DNA of 64,000 nt from a virus (Duplodnaviria > Caudoviricetes): IMG/VR virus record IMGVR_UViG_2934077722_000001, positions 3,484-67,483 of that record. One strand, given 5' to 3'. Both the position numbers and the translations under genes were made by a program. Of this stretch, positions 49,101 through 56,759 are shown one piece after another (position 1 is the stretch's first letter; every line of letters begins with the position of its first letter). Below the pieces are notes generated by a model. That model made no database searches. It saw only the letters and a program-made list of their open reading frames with translations, and was not told the origin of the DNA.

Positions 49101-52100
49101 CTGCTCGGTGATCGAGTTGGACAGCGGCGTGCCGGTGGCCAGGGTGACCGTGGCGCGGCCGGCGCGTCGGCGATGCAGGTCGGTGAGCTTCTGGTGCAGG
49201 TCGATGCCGCGGATGGACGCGGGGTCGCCGCCGCCCTCGCGGGAGCGGAAGCCGACGCCCTTGTACCGATGGGCCTCGTCAACGACGGCGTAGTCGAACC
49301 CGAGGTCGTCCCAGTACGTCTGGCCCGGCGTGCGCATCGGCGCGGCGTTCTTGCTGATCTTGTTCTGGACCGTCGCGATGCGCTGCTCGATCTTGGCGAC
49401 GATGAACGGGTGATCCGGGTTTTCCGCGTCCTCGTACTGCCGGTCGAGCTGTTCCCGCAGAGCCTCCAGCTCCCGGAACTCGTACTCCTCCTGCGCCTCG
49501 GGGCTCATCTTGATCGAGCCGAACGCGGGCTCGGTGAAGATGACGAGGTCCGGCTTGTTGGCTCGCAGCCACTCCAGCGTGCTGTCGCGCCGCCCGTCCG
49601 CGAGGTCACCGCTGGTGATCAGGTGGATCTCGGCGTTGGGGTACAGGAACCGGGCCTCGTCGTACCACTGCTGTGCGAGGTGGTCGGGGACGACGGCGTA
49701 CGGCTTCTCGATCTGGCCGGACGCCTTGAGCGCCTGGGTGCCCATGACGAGCGTGGACGTCTTGCCCAGGCCCACTTCGTGGGCGAGGATCACCGACCGC
49801 TCGAACTGCATGCGCGCGGCGCCGGAGAGCTGCCAGGCGTGCGGGGTGCGGTCCGGGGTGAAGCCGTCCAGGGACGGGCTCATGCCGTCGTACGAACGGA
49901 CGACGTGCCCGTTCATGATCTTGTTGTAGGAGTCGGTCAGCCGCGTGAGCCGGTCGGCGTTGGCCGTCGCGTACTTCGCGAACTCCGACCGCATCTGGTC
50001 GGCCTTCTGCCGGACCAGGCGAGACGTTTCTTCATCGACGTCGCGCCGCTTGTCGTCGCGGTAGATCGTGAGCGAGCCGTGGCCGAGGATCGCGCGGGCG
50101 ATCTCGACCGCGTTCTTGCCCCGGGTGCCCTTCTCCTCGTCGGCCGCGACGCCGTGAAGGACGTTGTTGGCCTTGGGGACCTGGCCGGTGTAGAGCATCC
50201 AGCCGTAGCGGTCGTCGTGTGCGACGCGCAGCGTCTTGTCGCCCAGGTACTCGCGCAGGAACCCTTGCAGCAGCTCGGGCGGCGTCCAGTGCGCGCCCAT
50301 CTCCGGGGTGAACTCGCCGATGGTGCGGTCGGCGGGCTGCACCGCTTCGAGCGCGGAGACGTTGACGGCGAACGCCGGGTCCTTTTCGGCAGCCCGGCGA
50401 GCGGCGGCCAGCTTGTCGCGGACGGGGCCGGACAAGTAGGCGCCGGCCAGCTCCAGGCGGCCGGTGGAAGGGTCGGTGAAGACCTCGTTGCCCAGTGCCC
50501 GGAGCGCATCCTGCGGGGCCATGTTCAGCAGGCGGGCGATTTCGCCGAGGTCCACCTGGCCGGTCGCGGCGACGACCGCGGACAGGGCCGTCTTCGGGTC
50601 ATCGGTCCGGTCGAGCGGCTGGCGTCGGGCGGCGGCGCGTTCGGTGAAGACGCGGCTCAGGATGGGTTCCTGCTTGTCGGCGTCCCACCGCTCCAGGGCG
50701 AGGACCGATCCGGCGTCCGGGTCGGAGCGGAAGTAGCCCCACGCGGTCGGCGTGCGCTCCTCCGACCCGTCCGGGCGGGTGCCGGTCTTCATGCTGCGGA
50801 ACTGGCCCGGCTTGGACAGCGGGCCGTACTGCAGGACGTACGCGGTGTGCAGGTCACGGAGCTGGGCGCGCAGCTTCTCGGCGCGCTCGGCCTCGTCGTT
50901 CTTGCGGTCCAGCGCCCGCAGTTCGGCCGCGACGTCGCGCAGCTGCATCAGGGCGCGGAGCTGGTCACCGCGGCCGTCGGACGGCTCGACGGCGACGGGG
51001 TTGCCGCCGTTGACGTGCTGGTAGAGCCTGCCGTCGTCGCCCTCGTAGAGGCGGCCGGTCCAGTCGTTGGCGTGCTTCTCCCGCGCGGTCTGAAGGAACA
51101 CCGGGGGCCGGTTGTCGCCGTCGGGGTGCGGCTCGTAGCCCTTGCCGTCGGCCTTCGCCTTGTCGGCGATGTCCTTCAACGCGTTCCGGAGCTGGTCGGC
51201 GGCCTTGGCCGGGTTGCCTTTCACGGTCAGGCGCGGTCCGTACGGGGACGACTCGGTGGTCAGGTCTCCGAGGACGTGCTCGGGGTGTTGAGTGAAGTAC
51301 GCGTTGACGTGCTCGCGGACGTTCCCGACCTTCCGCTCGGGCGCGTTGAGCCACGATGCGTCGCCCGGCTCGTCGCCATCGGCGCGGCGCCGCAGCACCA
51401 GGACGTCGGTGACGACGCCGGTGCCGGCGTCGTTGAACACGCCGGACGGCAGGCGGACGGCGCCGATGAGGTCGCCGTACTTGGCGATCTGCTTGCGGGC
51501 CTTGTCGCCCTTGGAGTCGAGGGTGTGCCGGGAGGTGATGAGCAGTGTGACGCCGCCCGGCCTTGTCAGCGCGAGTTCCTTGGTGATGAACCCGTTGTGC
51601 AGGGACTCGGCCGGATACCGCTTGTCGCCGAACGGCACCGAGGCGAACGGAACGTTTCCGATGCCCGCGTCAAACGTGCCGGGGCGAGCGTCGGTCTCCG
51701 CGAAGTTTTCGTTCAGGACGTTGGCGTCCGGGTAGATCGCCTTCGCGATCCGCGCGGTTGTCGGGTCCAGCTCGATGCCGGTGAGGCGGGCGCCCTCCGG
51801 TGAGACGCCGAAGAAGGTGCCGCTGCCGGACCCGGCCTCGAGGACGTCTCCGCGCTCGAATCCGAGCGCCTTCAGGCCCTCCCACATCGCCTCGGCGATG
51901 GGCTGCGGCGTGTAGTGCATCGACAGCGTGCCGCGCCGGGCCTGCTGCCACTCCAGCGGCGTCAGCTCGTCGGACAGCATGGTGCGCAGCTCGCGGTACT
52001 CCGCCCAACGGGCGTGGTCCTGCGCGAACTTGCCGTACCGGGCGCCACCCTGCTGGTAGCGCGGCTCCTTCTCGTTCGGCTCCGACGCGAACATGATCGG

Positions 52101-55100
52101 AACCGAGCCCCACCCGGTCCAGCGGGCGAGGGTGACCTTCTCCTTGTCCGTGGCCGGGCGGTTCTCCCGCTCCAACCGCTCCAGGGCTCGGATGGCCTCG
52201 ACGTTCGCGGCGGCACGCTGGATCGGGCCCTTGGTGGCGGCGTCGGCCGGGTTCGGCCGGAAGCGCGGTGCTACATGTCGTACACCGCGTCCTTCAGCGC
52301 CTGCAGATCCCGCATCTCCGGACTGAGCGTCTGCGGCTCCTCGGTCTCCGGCTCCGGCTCCGGCAGCAGGTCGCGCAGCACCATCGCGGTCGCGTCCGCC
52401 CTGATCTGCTTGATCTGACCCGCCCGCTCCTCGTAGCCCGTCGCGGCCGGCACGGTCTCCTCCAATGCCTCCTCGGCCGCCAGAATCGCCGTCTCTATCT
52501 CCCTGCCCTTGTTCAGGAAGAACGTCTCCGGGTCGGTCATCTCCGCCAGCTCCCGCGGCCGGTACTTCATCCAGTGGTCCCTGGCCGTCTGGCTGTAGAT
52601 GCTCACCATCAGCCCCTTCGTCCGTTCCGAGAGCCGCACGCAGGGCTGCCTGCTGCGCCTCGATTTCCTCGCGGGAGATGACCTTGCGGTCGTCGTCCCC
52701 GCCATCCTTGCCTACTGCGGTGCGCTGCGCGTCGATGCCGTGCAGCGCAGCGTTGATGGAGGCCAGCCGGGAGCGGGCCTTCGACCGGTCCGACGAGTCC
52801 AGTTCGCGATCGGAGGCCCGCAGCATCATCTCGCGGGACAGTTCCTCGGTGACGCGGTGGAACTCGGCGAGCAGGCCCTCTGGCACGTCCAGGTTCGCGC
52901 CCTTGCCGATCTTTCCGGTGATCGGGTTGGTGTTGTCCGACCAGCCGTAGCCGTGACCCTTAAACAGGCCGTAGAGGGTCTGGCGCTCCTTGCTCGCCGA
53001 CGAGAAGGAGTCGGCGCGGCGGGAGGATTGGTACAGCTCGAAGAACATCTTCGGCACCCACACGCGGCGCACCGACCCGTACAGGCGCACCGGCTCGGTC
53101 TCCGGGTCGCTGTCGTAGCTGTCGACGATCGCGGCCAGGGCCTCGGTCATGCTCGGGAACGCGCCCAGGTAGCCGCCGTGCCTCTGGCGCTGCGCGTTCC
53201 ACCCGGCCTTGTGGCCACTTCCGTACGGCGAGTCGTGCTCGTGGTACGAGACCTGGCCGTAGTTGTTTCCATCGACCTGGACGGAGATGCCGTAGGAGCT
53301 GGTGAGCGGGTTCTCGCGGGTGTCCGCTCGGCTGACCTTCTGCTCGCGGCCCTCGGCGCCGCGGCGGTTCTGCTCGTCGAAGAGGGCCTTCAGCCGCTCC
53401 TCCAGAGCTTCCCTTTCCCGCCCGCTGGTGAGGTTCCGGTTCTTGTGGAGGTCGCGGAATGCCTTGTTCAGGTCGTCGTCGCTGAGCCCGGCGGGGTCGG
53501 GGCCGTTGCGGTAGACGTCTGCCTTGCGGTTTTGACGCTCCTCGTAGACGGCTTGTCGGCGGGCGGCAAGGATCTCGTTCTGCTCCGGGCCCAGGCGCCG
53601 CAGCCGGACGGGCAGGCGCAGGAACTCCTTCTCCAGGGTGTCGTCGTCGAGGTCCTGGACCGGCGGGCGCTCCTGGATGGCGCGGAGACGGCGAGCCTGC
53701 TGCTCGGTCTCGGCGTCTGCCAGGCGCTCGGTTACCTGGTTCCACAGGTCCCGCTCCGGGGCAAGGTCCTCCTCGCCGTGGATCGTCCCCGAGGGCTTGT
53801 GGGTTCGCTCCCGGGACTCCAGCTCCTTGATGTGCGCGGCCAGGTCTTCATTGCTCAGGTCCTGCGGATTCGCCGCCTGGTTGACGCGTTCGGTGGTACG
53901 GCGGCGACGGTCGGCGTACAGAGCCTGCTCGTCCTCGGTGAGGCGGTCGCCGCGGCGGGAGCCGTACGTGCCGCGGTCGCGCTCGGAGCGGCTGATGGCC
54001 TCGGCAAGGTCGTCGTCGCTCATCGCGGCCGCGCGGTCCTGCGCGCTCGGCTTCGGGGCCTCGGGCTCGTCGTGGTTGGCCTCGTCGTTCTGGGCGATGC
54101 GGCGCCGGTCGAGTTCGGCTTCGACCTTCTGTAGGGCGGCGCGGGCCCGCTGCTTGCGGGCGGGGGTCGTCGCGACCTGGGCGTGGATCTTGAGGTTGTC
54201 GCGGTGCTGGCGCAGGTCCGGCTCGGGCATCGCCCGGAGCTTCTTGGTGTCCTCGTCGAGCTGCGTCGTCTGCGGGGCGGCCGCGTTGTTTCGATCCTCG
54301 TCGGTGACGCGGACGTTGCGGCCCTGCCGGACGAACGCGGCGAGGATGTCGGCGGCCTTGCGGTCGCGGGTCTCCGCTTTCCACTGGGTGCCCGTGATCC
54401 GGGCCTTCTGCACTGGGGACCAGGCCAGCTTCCCGGCAGCGCCGACCGCGCGGTCATCGCGGGCGTCGTTCTTGATGGTGCCGCGTACGGCCAGGACCCG
54501 CCTGCCCTTGTGGGTGGTCCACGCCAGGTGCACGTGATCGGCCTGGTCTGGCTGGGTGGTGGCCAGGTGGTGGCGGGCGATGATCTGGTCAGCGATGTTC
54601 GCGTTGCCGCCGATGGGCACATAGACGCCGTCGACCGTGGCGTGCCGATCGCTGTAGCCACTGACGACGGAGGCGATGCGCGAGCCGTCCGGGCCGTACA
54701 CGGTGACCGGCCCCGGATTCCAGGAGGTCGCCCAGTAGCCGGGCACGCCGTCGACCGGTTCGGCGTCCTCCGGCACGCCTGCCGGCCGACCGTCGGTCTC
54801 GGCCTCCGGCGACTCCTCCGGCTGGGGCGCGGCCTCGGGCTCGGGGGAGGTCTCCGGCTGGTCGTCCGATCCGCTCTGGTCCTGCTCGCCCTCCTTGTGG
54901 TCCGCCCGCGCGGATTCCGGGATGTTGGGTTCGGAGGTCGGCTCCGTAGGGGTGTCCGCCTTCGGGGCCTGGCCCTCTTCGTCGCCGAGGGGGCGGCGGC
55001 GCAGGGTCTCGGCGAGCCGGTCGGTGGCGATGCTGTGCTTGGGCGGGTGCTCCTGGTCCCACAGGGCGCGGGCGGCCGTCCACTCCTGTATGTAGTCGCG

Positions 55101-56477
55101 GCCTTTGGCGGAGCGCCACGTCCGGCGGGTCTCGGCGAACTCGGGCGCGGAGAAGTCGAGAGCGTTGCCGTCCTGGTCTTTGAGGGTGCCGACGATGTGC
55201 TCGGCGAAGCCCTTGGCGTCCGACTGCCGGTCGAACCACCACGGCATTCGCTGTCCGGTGGCCGTGGCGTACAGGTACCAGTCGCCTTCCTCACGGCGGG
55301 CGACGAACTGGCCGTCGCCGACGAGCTTGAGGCGCTGCTCCTTGACGAGGCTGTCCAGGTCGCGGGCACTGCTTCGGTCCTGCTCACTGCCAGAAGCGCG
55401 CAGGGCCCCGGCTCGCTGGGTCCAGTTGTCACGGACCTGCTGAAGCGTGGTGAACCGTCCACGGCTCTGGTCGCGCTGCCGCTTGGGCGCTGGGGCCTGC
55501 GCATCGTCATCGTTCGTACGGGAGGCGTGGAAGTCCCGGACGGCGCGGCGGATCGCCTGCTCGGCGTCCTCGCCCTTGGTGGAGCGCCAGGTCAGGAACC
55601 AGTCGCCGATCTTGGGGTCGGAGAAGTCGATCGCCGTGTTGAACTGGCCCGGCATGATGTGCCCGTTGCGGACGTGCTCGTCGACGTACTCGGCCGCAGC
55701 TTCCGCTTCCTGGCGGGTGGCGAAGTCTCCGACATCGAGGTAGCCACCCGTGCCGGTAGAGGTGAGGTACCAGCGGCCGTTGGCGTCATCGCGACTTGTG
55801 ACGAGTCCGCCGGACGGTGTGATCTGCAAGTCCTCGTCACCCGCGAGACGGCGCAGGGCCGGAGCGTTGGCGCCGGGCTGCTGGGCCAGGTCGAGGAAGT
55901 GCCGGCGCACCGCGGCGGTGTCCTCGTAGCGGGCTCCGGCGCGGGCCTTGCGGTTCGGCAGGGCGTCAGTGTCCACGTCGTGTTGCCCGTCCTCGGGCTC
56001 GTCCTGGTCGTCGCCCTCGGGGCCGTCGCCTTCGTCGTCACCGATGGCGTTGCCCTCGTCATCAGCGTCGTGCGGCTCGTCGGAAGTGTCAGGGTCGCCG
56101 TGATCGTCACGGGACAGACCCAGGCCGCGCCGCTCGTCCTGCTCGCGGCGGGCGTCCTCGGCCTCGACCTTCTTCTGGTTGGAGGTGGGGGCGCTGCCGT
56201 CAGGCCGGGCCACCATGGTGATCCAGCGGGCGCTGGTGCTGTGTCGCCTCCCGGTGTAGGTACCGTCTGCAGCACGGTCCTGCACGAGGACGCGGTCGCG
56301 CGGCAGGGCGCGAACGACGCGCGCGAGCTTCCCAGACCACAGCCTCGCGACACCGCCGGTCTCGATGAACCTGCCCTTCGAGTCCCGAGGGTGCAGGGCA
56401 GGGTTCCACGGCCGTCGTACGGACTTGGCCTCAAGGGCGCGACTCAGGCCGACCGAGGAAGCGGTGCGATTCAGCAT
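40146..56477 (-). CDS. Giant DarB-like polyvalent protein (N6-adenine methyltransferase + SNF2/SF2 helicase + repeats + degenerate zincin)
   Basis: VLEAGSGSG and GNVPF MTase motifs; HEVGLGKT, DEAH, ATGTP, GTGMN, QRNGRILR helicase motifs; likely leaderless ATG at 56477. Confidence 0.9.
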   Translation of the reverse strand: MLNRTASSVGLSRALEAKSVRRPWNPALHPRDSKGRFIETGGVARLWSGKLARVVRALPRDRVLVQDRAADGTYTGRRHSTSARWITMVARPDGSAPTSNQKKVEAEDARREQDERRGLGLSRDDHGDPDTSDEPHDADDEGNAIGDDEGDGPEGDDQDEPEDGQHDVDTDALPNRKARAGARYEDTAAVRRHFLDLAQQPGANAPALRRLAGDEDLQITPSGGLVTSRDDANGRWYLTSTGTGGYLDVGDFATRQEAEAAAEYVDEHVRNGHIMPGQFNTAIDFSDPKIGDWFLTWRSTKGEDAEQAIRRAVRDFHASRTNDDDAQAPAPKRQRDQSRGRFTTLQQVRDNWTQRAGALRASGSEQDRSSARDLDSLVKEQRLKLVGDGQFVARREEGDWYLYATATGQRMPWWFDRQSDAKGFAEHIVGTLKDQDGNALDFSAPEFAETRRTWRSAKGRDYIQEWTAARALWDQEHPPKHSIATDRLAETLRRRPLGDEEGQAPKADTPTEPTSEPNIPESARADHKEGEQDQSGSDDQPETSPEPEAAPQPEESPEAETDGRPAGVPEDAEPVDGVPGYWATSWNPGPVTVYGPDGSRIASVVSGYSDRHATVDGVYVPIGGNANIADQIIARHHLATTQPDQADHVHLAWTTHKGRRVLAVRGTIKNDARDDRAVGAAGKLAWSPVQKARITGTQWKAETRDRKAADILAAFVRQGRNVRVTDEDRNNAAAPQTTQLDEDTKKLRAMPEPDLRQHRDNLKIHAQVATTPARKQRARAALQKVEAELDRRRIAQNDEANHDEPEAPKPSAQDRAAAMSDDDLAEAISRSERDRGTYGSRRGDRLTEDEQALYADRRRRTTERVNQAANPQDLSNEDLAAHIKELESRERTHKPSGTIHGEEDLAPERDLWNQVTERLADAETEQQARRLRAIQERPPVQDLDDDTLEKEFLRLPVRLRRLGPEQNEILAARRQAVYEERQNRKADVYRNGPDPAGLSDDDLNKAFRDLHKNRNLTSGREREALEERLKALFDEQNRRGAEGREQKVSRADTRENPLTSSYGISVQVDGNNYGQVSYHEHDSPYGSGHKAGWNAQRQRHGGYLGAFPSMTEALAAIVDSYDSDPETEPVRLYGSVRRVWVPKMFFELYQSSRRADSFSSASKERQTLYGLFKGHGYGWSDNTNPITGKIGKGANLDVPEGLLAEFHRVTEELSREMMLRASDRELDSSDRSKARSRLASINAALHGIDAQRTAVGKDGGDDDRKVISREEIEAQQAALRAALGTDEGADGEHLQPDGQGPLDEVPAAGAGGDDRPGDVLPEQGQGDRDGDSGGRGGIGGDRAGRDGLRGAGGSDQADQGGRDRDGAARPAAGAGAGDRGAADAQSGDAGSAGAEGRGVRHVAPRFRPNPADAATKGPIQRAAANVEAIRALERLERENRPATDKEKVTLARWTGWGSVPIMFASEPNEKEPRYQQGGARYGKFAQDHARWAEYRELRTMLSDELTPLEWQQARRGTLSMHYTPQPIAEAMWEGLKALGFERGDVLEAGSGSGTFFGVSPEGARLTGIELDPTTARIAKAIYPDANVLNENFAETDARPGTFDAGIGNVPFASVPFGDKRYPAESLHNGFITKELALTRPGGVTLLITSRHTLDSKGDKARKQIAKYGDLIGAVRLPSGVFNDAGTGVVTDVLVLRRRADGDEPGDASWLNAPERKVGNVREHVNAYFTQHPEHVLGDLTTESSPYGPRLTVKGNPAKAADQLRNALKDIADKAKADGKGYEPHPDGDNRPPVFLQTAREKHANDWTGRLYEGDDGRLYQHVNGGNPVAVEPSDGRGDQLRALMQLRDVAAELRALDRKNDEAERAEKLRAQLRDLHTAYVLQYGPLSKPGQFRSMKTGTRPDGSEERTPTAWGYFRSDPDAGSVLALERWDADKQEPILSRVFTERAAARRQPLDRTDDPKTALSAVVAATGQVDLGEIARLLNMAPQDALRALGNEVFTDPSTGRLELAGAYLSGPVRDKLAAARRAAEKDPAFAVNVSALEAVQPADRTIGEFTPEMGAHWTPPELLQGFLREYLGDKTLRVAHDDRYGWMLYTGQVPKANNVLHGVAADEEKGTRGKNAVEIARAILGHGSLTIYRDDKRRDVDEETSRLVRQKADQMRSEFAKYATANADRLTRLTDSYNKIMNGHVVRSYDGMSPSLDGFTPDRTPHAWQLSGAARMQFERSVILAHEVGLGKTSTLVMGTQALKASGQIEKPYAVVPDHLAQQWYDEARFLYPNAEIHLITSGDLADGRRDSTLEWLRANKPDLVIFTEPAFGSIKMSPEAQEEYEFRELEALREQLDRQYEDAENPDHPFIVAKIEQRIATVQNKISKNAAPMRTPGQTYWDDLGFDYAVVDEAHRYKGVGFRSREGGGDPASIRGIDLHQKLTDLHRRRAGRATVTLATGTPLSNSITEQFTMLALAAPWVLDAYKAGAPDLWAATFGRKTLRVENAPDGSGLRIVERFAEFHNRRAMKTMWGLVADTKRADDVGIPRPKVKDGGPNLVMVDPTKDQTARLKKLVARGRAIHQGDVDRSQDNMLAVAGEGTSVALDPRLVDAKAPAGNKLRAVAAKHIERYHQHKDRVYTTYYGSTEDHPTPGALQMIFLNEGVPGGNNRGGFDAYAELKRLMVEGGIPAEKIAFVQDHKKSGKPEELAELFRRSRDGEIAVLIGSSSVAGTGMNAQNRMVSLTHVDLDWGAAQMEQRNGRILRYGNQNAEVEIDIFATKGSLDGWKAGFVASKAEGLVDIQRPEMADSDTRDTVTELDVDYPDYETMEAEIGGNPYMSQLMKARRTLRDLEIDQHNEAAERVRRQEALADLQQELAKTRDGIARREKALPRIRNVRDSFAMNLGGLSYTERSDAAAALHQQVTTQLLEHDRDGIGPWKVLGQFGGLDVGVRTERRADGKLVAHVGFPDLARSDFERGPEDLKKKGAGSGLITRLANALEKAPALQQADRARMPELNEQIALLQSAQAAADFTPQIEHARARANLLDDVVGRIADLDKLPEIDETELDKKLTKTQRTQIVEERREARIPLQAAVGAAVLTLEEFDSKFPEPERSEKPEIPEEQEPEKDRVRLSAEEVTQTLDNLRTDGDAPRNDSADKPETAAGDGDDGGRDVPPVPAASGDSESPEEDNTERPAPEQGDTDDTPDEPQADTPTDSEDTVTLDRNEVAQQLDAIRPEGTKAPSAMTDQEIANEIVALMEREMADGELAGADRTRMAVLEAEKDRRAGRTPKPEPKKPEPAEPEGGLFDVEAPETQAPAVADPKNPLDQPDDAFGTPDMFADHEGRDTSRLRPVQVRNPADLEEGDRYTDADGRTHKVAEPPRLTGRGRVRIVTDDGEERFYNRDAELRLRYPDEEITDDRDEQSATNFPDADVADNRDETPEPDQQNDKEQPEDTPDNEQRDDERNRRGRDTDANAASPDEGPEGADGEPQMPTGPDSGRNEDSADANEPDAEDEENDRDRRRRRRRRRGNRGTGGQGPGGPGLPRLDLPHLPNVPASTGTGDGDGVGHGGGAPDRDWPRTVADLREAWRRGDRLTAEENTPERRAFLTQLTDNPTLTLSSGGGLVTWADDPSDTPGGARRWQFAQARNGGRFGKITLTARDADEARDLADLFEITTDADGQPIDWHQPLTPDTIAQWRDREGRTLPEALRAMRDLFQTDHDSTNDSPETAPPVVTLPEDVTNLTDDDLAAAWGQGLSEDDQMRVAAEMDRRDEADKRVRDAIPTTPAADADEVRRRGEAMDAALGFGTTDVTRRPQTREERLQREFQDLDEARYSAAVDATNGYFFSNTSRRLPPVNERDLFSGGNLSRFSRWRDYASEELIDWFDNNGGRLTYNQFKQKRRADERIERDQHAAEQQSAAATNTPDAPASEPQADTPTPGGTNDEAPQAEAASPYDPAKPRFANLNAVRDHLRNGQLDPPAPGAGMHTSPPSPEELREIANDKNTRLSRGGRLLVYGNDAVRDGDEYNRRFIVAAPGSMTPVLRDHSDGFGTLKDALHAANTLEEEVRDADGQPFPWDAPDAVQRARAFGGPDDETLAETMARALANNPSREGQWKYDRDRADERLAWRQTADDWHRQQEADGYTVLAGPADLQPGDEVSYPLAADPGRSLRGGPHPMGTARGTITGRPQLWNPQAGIQALGSRDFHRYPADITWTGPDEQTTRPHDALLDLGVVRRKPRPGEDTASVDDQHTRPGARPDAGAPDEPDRLDSPAQVRPDPDPEPHSDQASQPRQLAEPEPIGGQPAHWASVDQLQPGDMARIDGTTRRGRAVTRAGYVLEAPERVTVTRRGRTDDMWRTTIGESPDGRTGSRGTVYTPLNTTAARAEAPETDAPGAPVSGAQGDVISGDLPDTIATDTRGRGLFPGSRVTGYGDREGTVTGVTDTTVSVRWADSDTDTGVAPTSLTVDDSADHRPQGWTATGQRVRPGDVVSDENGALLGPVDETNGDRITVTTAEGTVTRDAADLRVVGEVRDDTPETAPITGISEQTADEINKGDIVVLDLDGTPTTVEVLDTNRDGDRVTLDYVDTTTGEFGAIDMDATAVVHKAEGPNGAAPDLGPDDAPAADDDLTVHEPLPALDPVTGPTVDPDLTPADRDAIADNGSSPEDDPDAQQAAARLGADLPVTPDQAAALAAQLRTNADPATTEGRAALRAAAHLDRAASRPAPEELDRPRPSNAAQIGEGDVIAMPDERRGDEVHIYRVIDVEEGPGGVRRLLLEDENRQWRRRIVHAAMPVWQLPEPAPDTNGRNDNPAPAPAPAPRDPNLPIASVRRQIVADHSRTVAVRVIDEAVAGTEPPGDIHALREQIAQRLTPEALQDARNAARQDANAALNAAGITGRDRAAVQQALRRAREKAHERTIRAALRTINDLEPLPGEPHEDLAQRAAGLLRLIPDQVDAPSSSRRRSVPDGDGSADATAHVNDAVAALLRQLEEAGGDPADIDALTRLLTAQLDGTRQATARRIVRRATGTTPDPGQQPGLFARVIALLGRMGRRLIELVKAAAEKIAELWRNGRDRLSRLRAFLRRLVRRVRDWPESRRLARLQAALDLPDVEGESLAARVSQWAGLLPEPGRFGQASRRVSWWRPTTWAQLAAGRLPGRSSETRWVPDRAADGGPGLNALRHMAALRAAGTDVDQDVTRRLADALGDDFGGDPHGTLRHADDYVAATERRLLNLQAARGSSTIQDPDVDVEIAAARMEVAAARREWEELRTRYAAAVPDAVAAALADVRDLGPQGNAGIVFGPDSTPDAERAVRDVQFLIPGDWLAAPDGRRLTAVEGDSGRYEPDARRATVADLGDRGVGTAAHVLAQHLAGHLPDLDAAQRAFWFTRTRTGRPGARTLDRAALGRLLAQQQTQTDTGDSLARSLQAMFTGDWYEDDDLRAFLLGLLATR
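52271..52609 (-). CDS. Nested 112-aa gene in an alternate frame of the giant ORF (TnpV-like helical protein, tentative)
   Basis: GAAGGGG RBS-like sequence, ATG, GC3-biased codons; the giant frame reads as Gly/Asp/Arg shadow sequence over exactly this span. Confidence 0.75.
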   Translation of the reverse strand: MVSIYSQTARDHWMKYRPRELAEMTDPETFFLNKGREIETAILAAEEALEETVPAATGYEERAGQIKQIRADATAMVLRDLLPEPEPETEEPQTLSPEMRDLQALKDAVYDM

Positions 56478-56483
56478 GCGCGG

Positions 56484-56520
56484 ACGATGCACACCGCGGG
56501 TGGTTAGCGTCGCACGCTGC
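56484..56520 (-). promoter_or_regulatory. Late-promoter motif (giant gene, leaderless)
   Basis: GCAGCGTGCGAC-GCTAA...19 nt...CATCGT, 6 nt, ATG. Confidence 0.7.
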
Positions 56521-56546
56521 CGACCCGCCTTGCCTGGGCTGCCCGG

Positions 56547-56759
56547 CTACATCGTCTCGGTGAGGATGTGGATGGCGAACCAGGCGGAGAACCCGCACCA
56601 TCCCACGGCGAAGACCGCACGCCCGACCTTGGAGGTACGGGTACGGAACAGGCGCCTGAAGTTCTCGCTCAGGGTGTCGCCCTCGCGTTTGTTGACGAGC
56701 GCGATCGTCTCGAACACGGCGAACAGGCAGGACCAGACGAACCAGATGGCGGGCCACAT
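56547..56759 (-). CDS. Small two-TM membrane protein
   Basis: GAGGAG RBS; MWPAIWFVW...GDTLSE...AWFAIH. Confidence 0.7.
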   Translation of the reverse strand: MWPAIWFVWSCLFAVFETIALVNKREGDTLSENFRRLFRTRTSKVGRAVFAVGWCGFSAWFAIHILTETM

